NCBI GenBank assembly: GCA_030704615.1
Contig: CM060734.1
Coordinates: forward strand, 42,284,001 to 42,348,000
Length of the DNA stretch: 64,000 bases
From: Takakia lepidozioides
Lineage: Eukaryota > Plantae > Bryophyta
Reading direction: 5' to 3'
Each line of letters starts with the position of its first letter. The first letter of the stretch is position 1. The notes under the pieces are model-generated. The model worked only from the letters and a program-made list of their open reading frames with translations. It was not told the DNA's origin and did no database searches. Positions 63,501-64,000 of the stretch are shown here, one piece after another. Position numbers and translations under genes: made by a program.

Positions 63501-64000
63501 TCTGGTGGTAGATTGCAGATAAGTTTAGTCATGGCTGCGCTGTCATCAAAAGCAGTATCTAGATCTTTAAGTTGACAAACTATGGTGTCTACTTCACCAA
63601 GGAAAGAAGCCATATCTTGTCCTGGAGACATCTTGCATTCATAAAATTGTTGTTGTAAATGATAAATGTCCTCAGTGGACTTTTGCTCATGGATAAGAAT
63701 CAAGCGTGACCAAATCTGAGCTGAGGTTATGCAATTCAATAATTGGACGAGAAGCTTATCATCAATTGTCTGCATCAAAACACTTCTAGCCTGCATATCT
63801 TTGCGGTGCCAAGCAATTGCGTCAGCTGCTTCTGCTAACCGTTCAAGGCCTGTGACAATATCCATGAAGTCTCGACCTGGAGAGGACTGATTCCATTTGA
63901 TACTTCCATATCTGAAAGTTGTGGCCATTACTTTTTAACGTTACAAAAATCTTTGCTATCCATGTCTGGTACTGCAAAACAAAAACAAAGAAAAACATAC
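60516..64000 (-). mobile_element. Ty1/Copia element B: gag, protease, integrase, partial RT (interrupted by X2)
   Basis: Gag (QIWSRL..EQ; LPPEY), knuckle CGKEGHWAREC, WFTDSGATH, LWHHCLGH..CHGC, integrase (HSDICGP, RTDQGGEY, PEQNAVSER), RT (KCKWVFKLK, YKARLVAKGF, QFDVKTAFLHG, IFVDD). Several frameshifts. Confidence 0.95.

Overview
Eukaryotic land-plant genomic DNA. Gene structure suggests a bryophyte-like or other non-seed plant, but this is inference. The left two-thirds contains: a decayed plastid HflX GTPase gene whose introns hold many LINE 3' fragments; an intact 8-exon CLAVATA1/BAM-type LRR receptor kinase (+); a multi-exon gene of unknown function (-) with an RTE/RTEX-like LINE in an intron; an L1 remnant with a PIF/Harbinger MITE; and an intact 4-exon beta-amylase (-). 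The right third (44.4-64 kb) is a nested retroelement block. Two different Copia elements are each interrupted by a copy of an unusual LTR-type retroelement family ('X'), and the two X copies are fused tail-to-tail at ~55066. X1 encodes one now-disrupted polyprotein: Gag, aspartic protease and a C5 cytosine DNA methyltransferase (DNMT3/DRM-like motifs I-X). The X termini share an array of hairpins with compensatory changes. The long X1 leader carries a mosaic of captured host fragments (THI1, DREB2 N-terminus, PPR, a whole intronless RPL29, a transit peptide) plus an orphan ORF. The equivalent region of X2 holds a 2.3-kb 10-bp-period tandem array. All calls were made by eye from motifs; no database searches were run.
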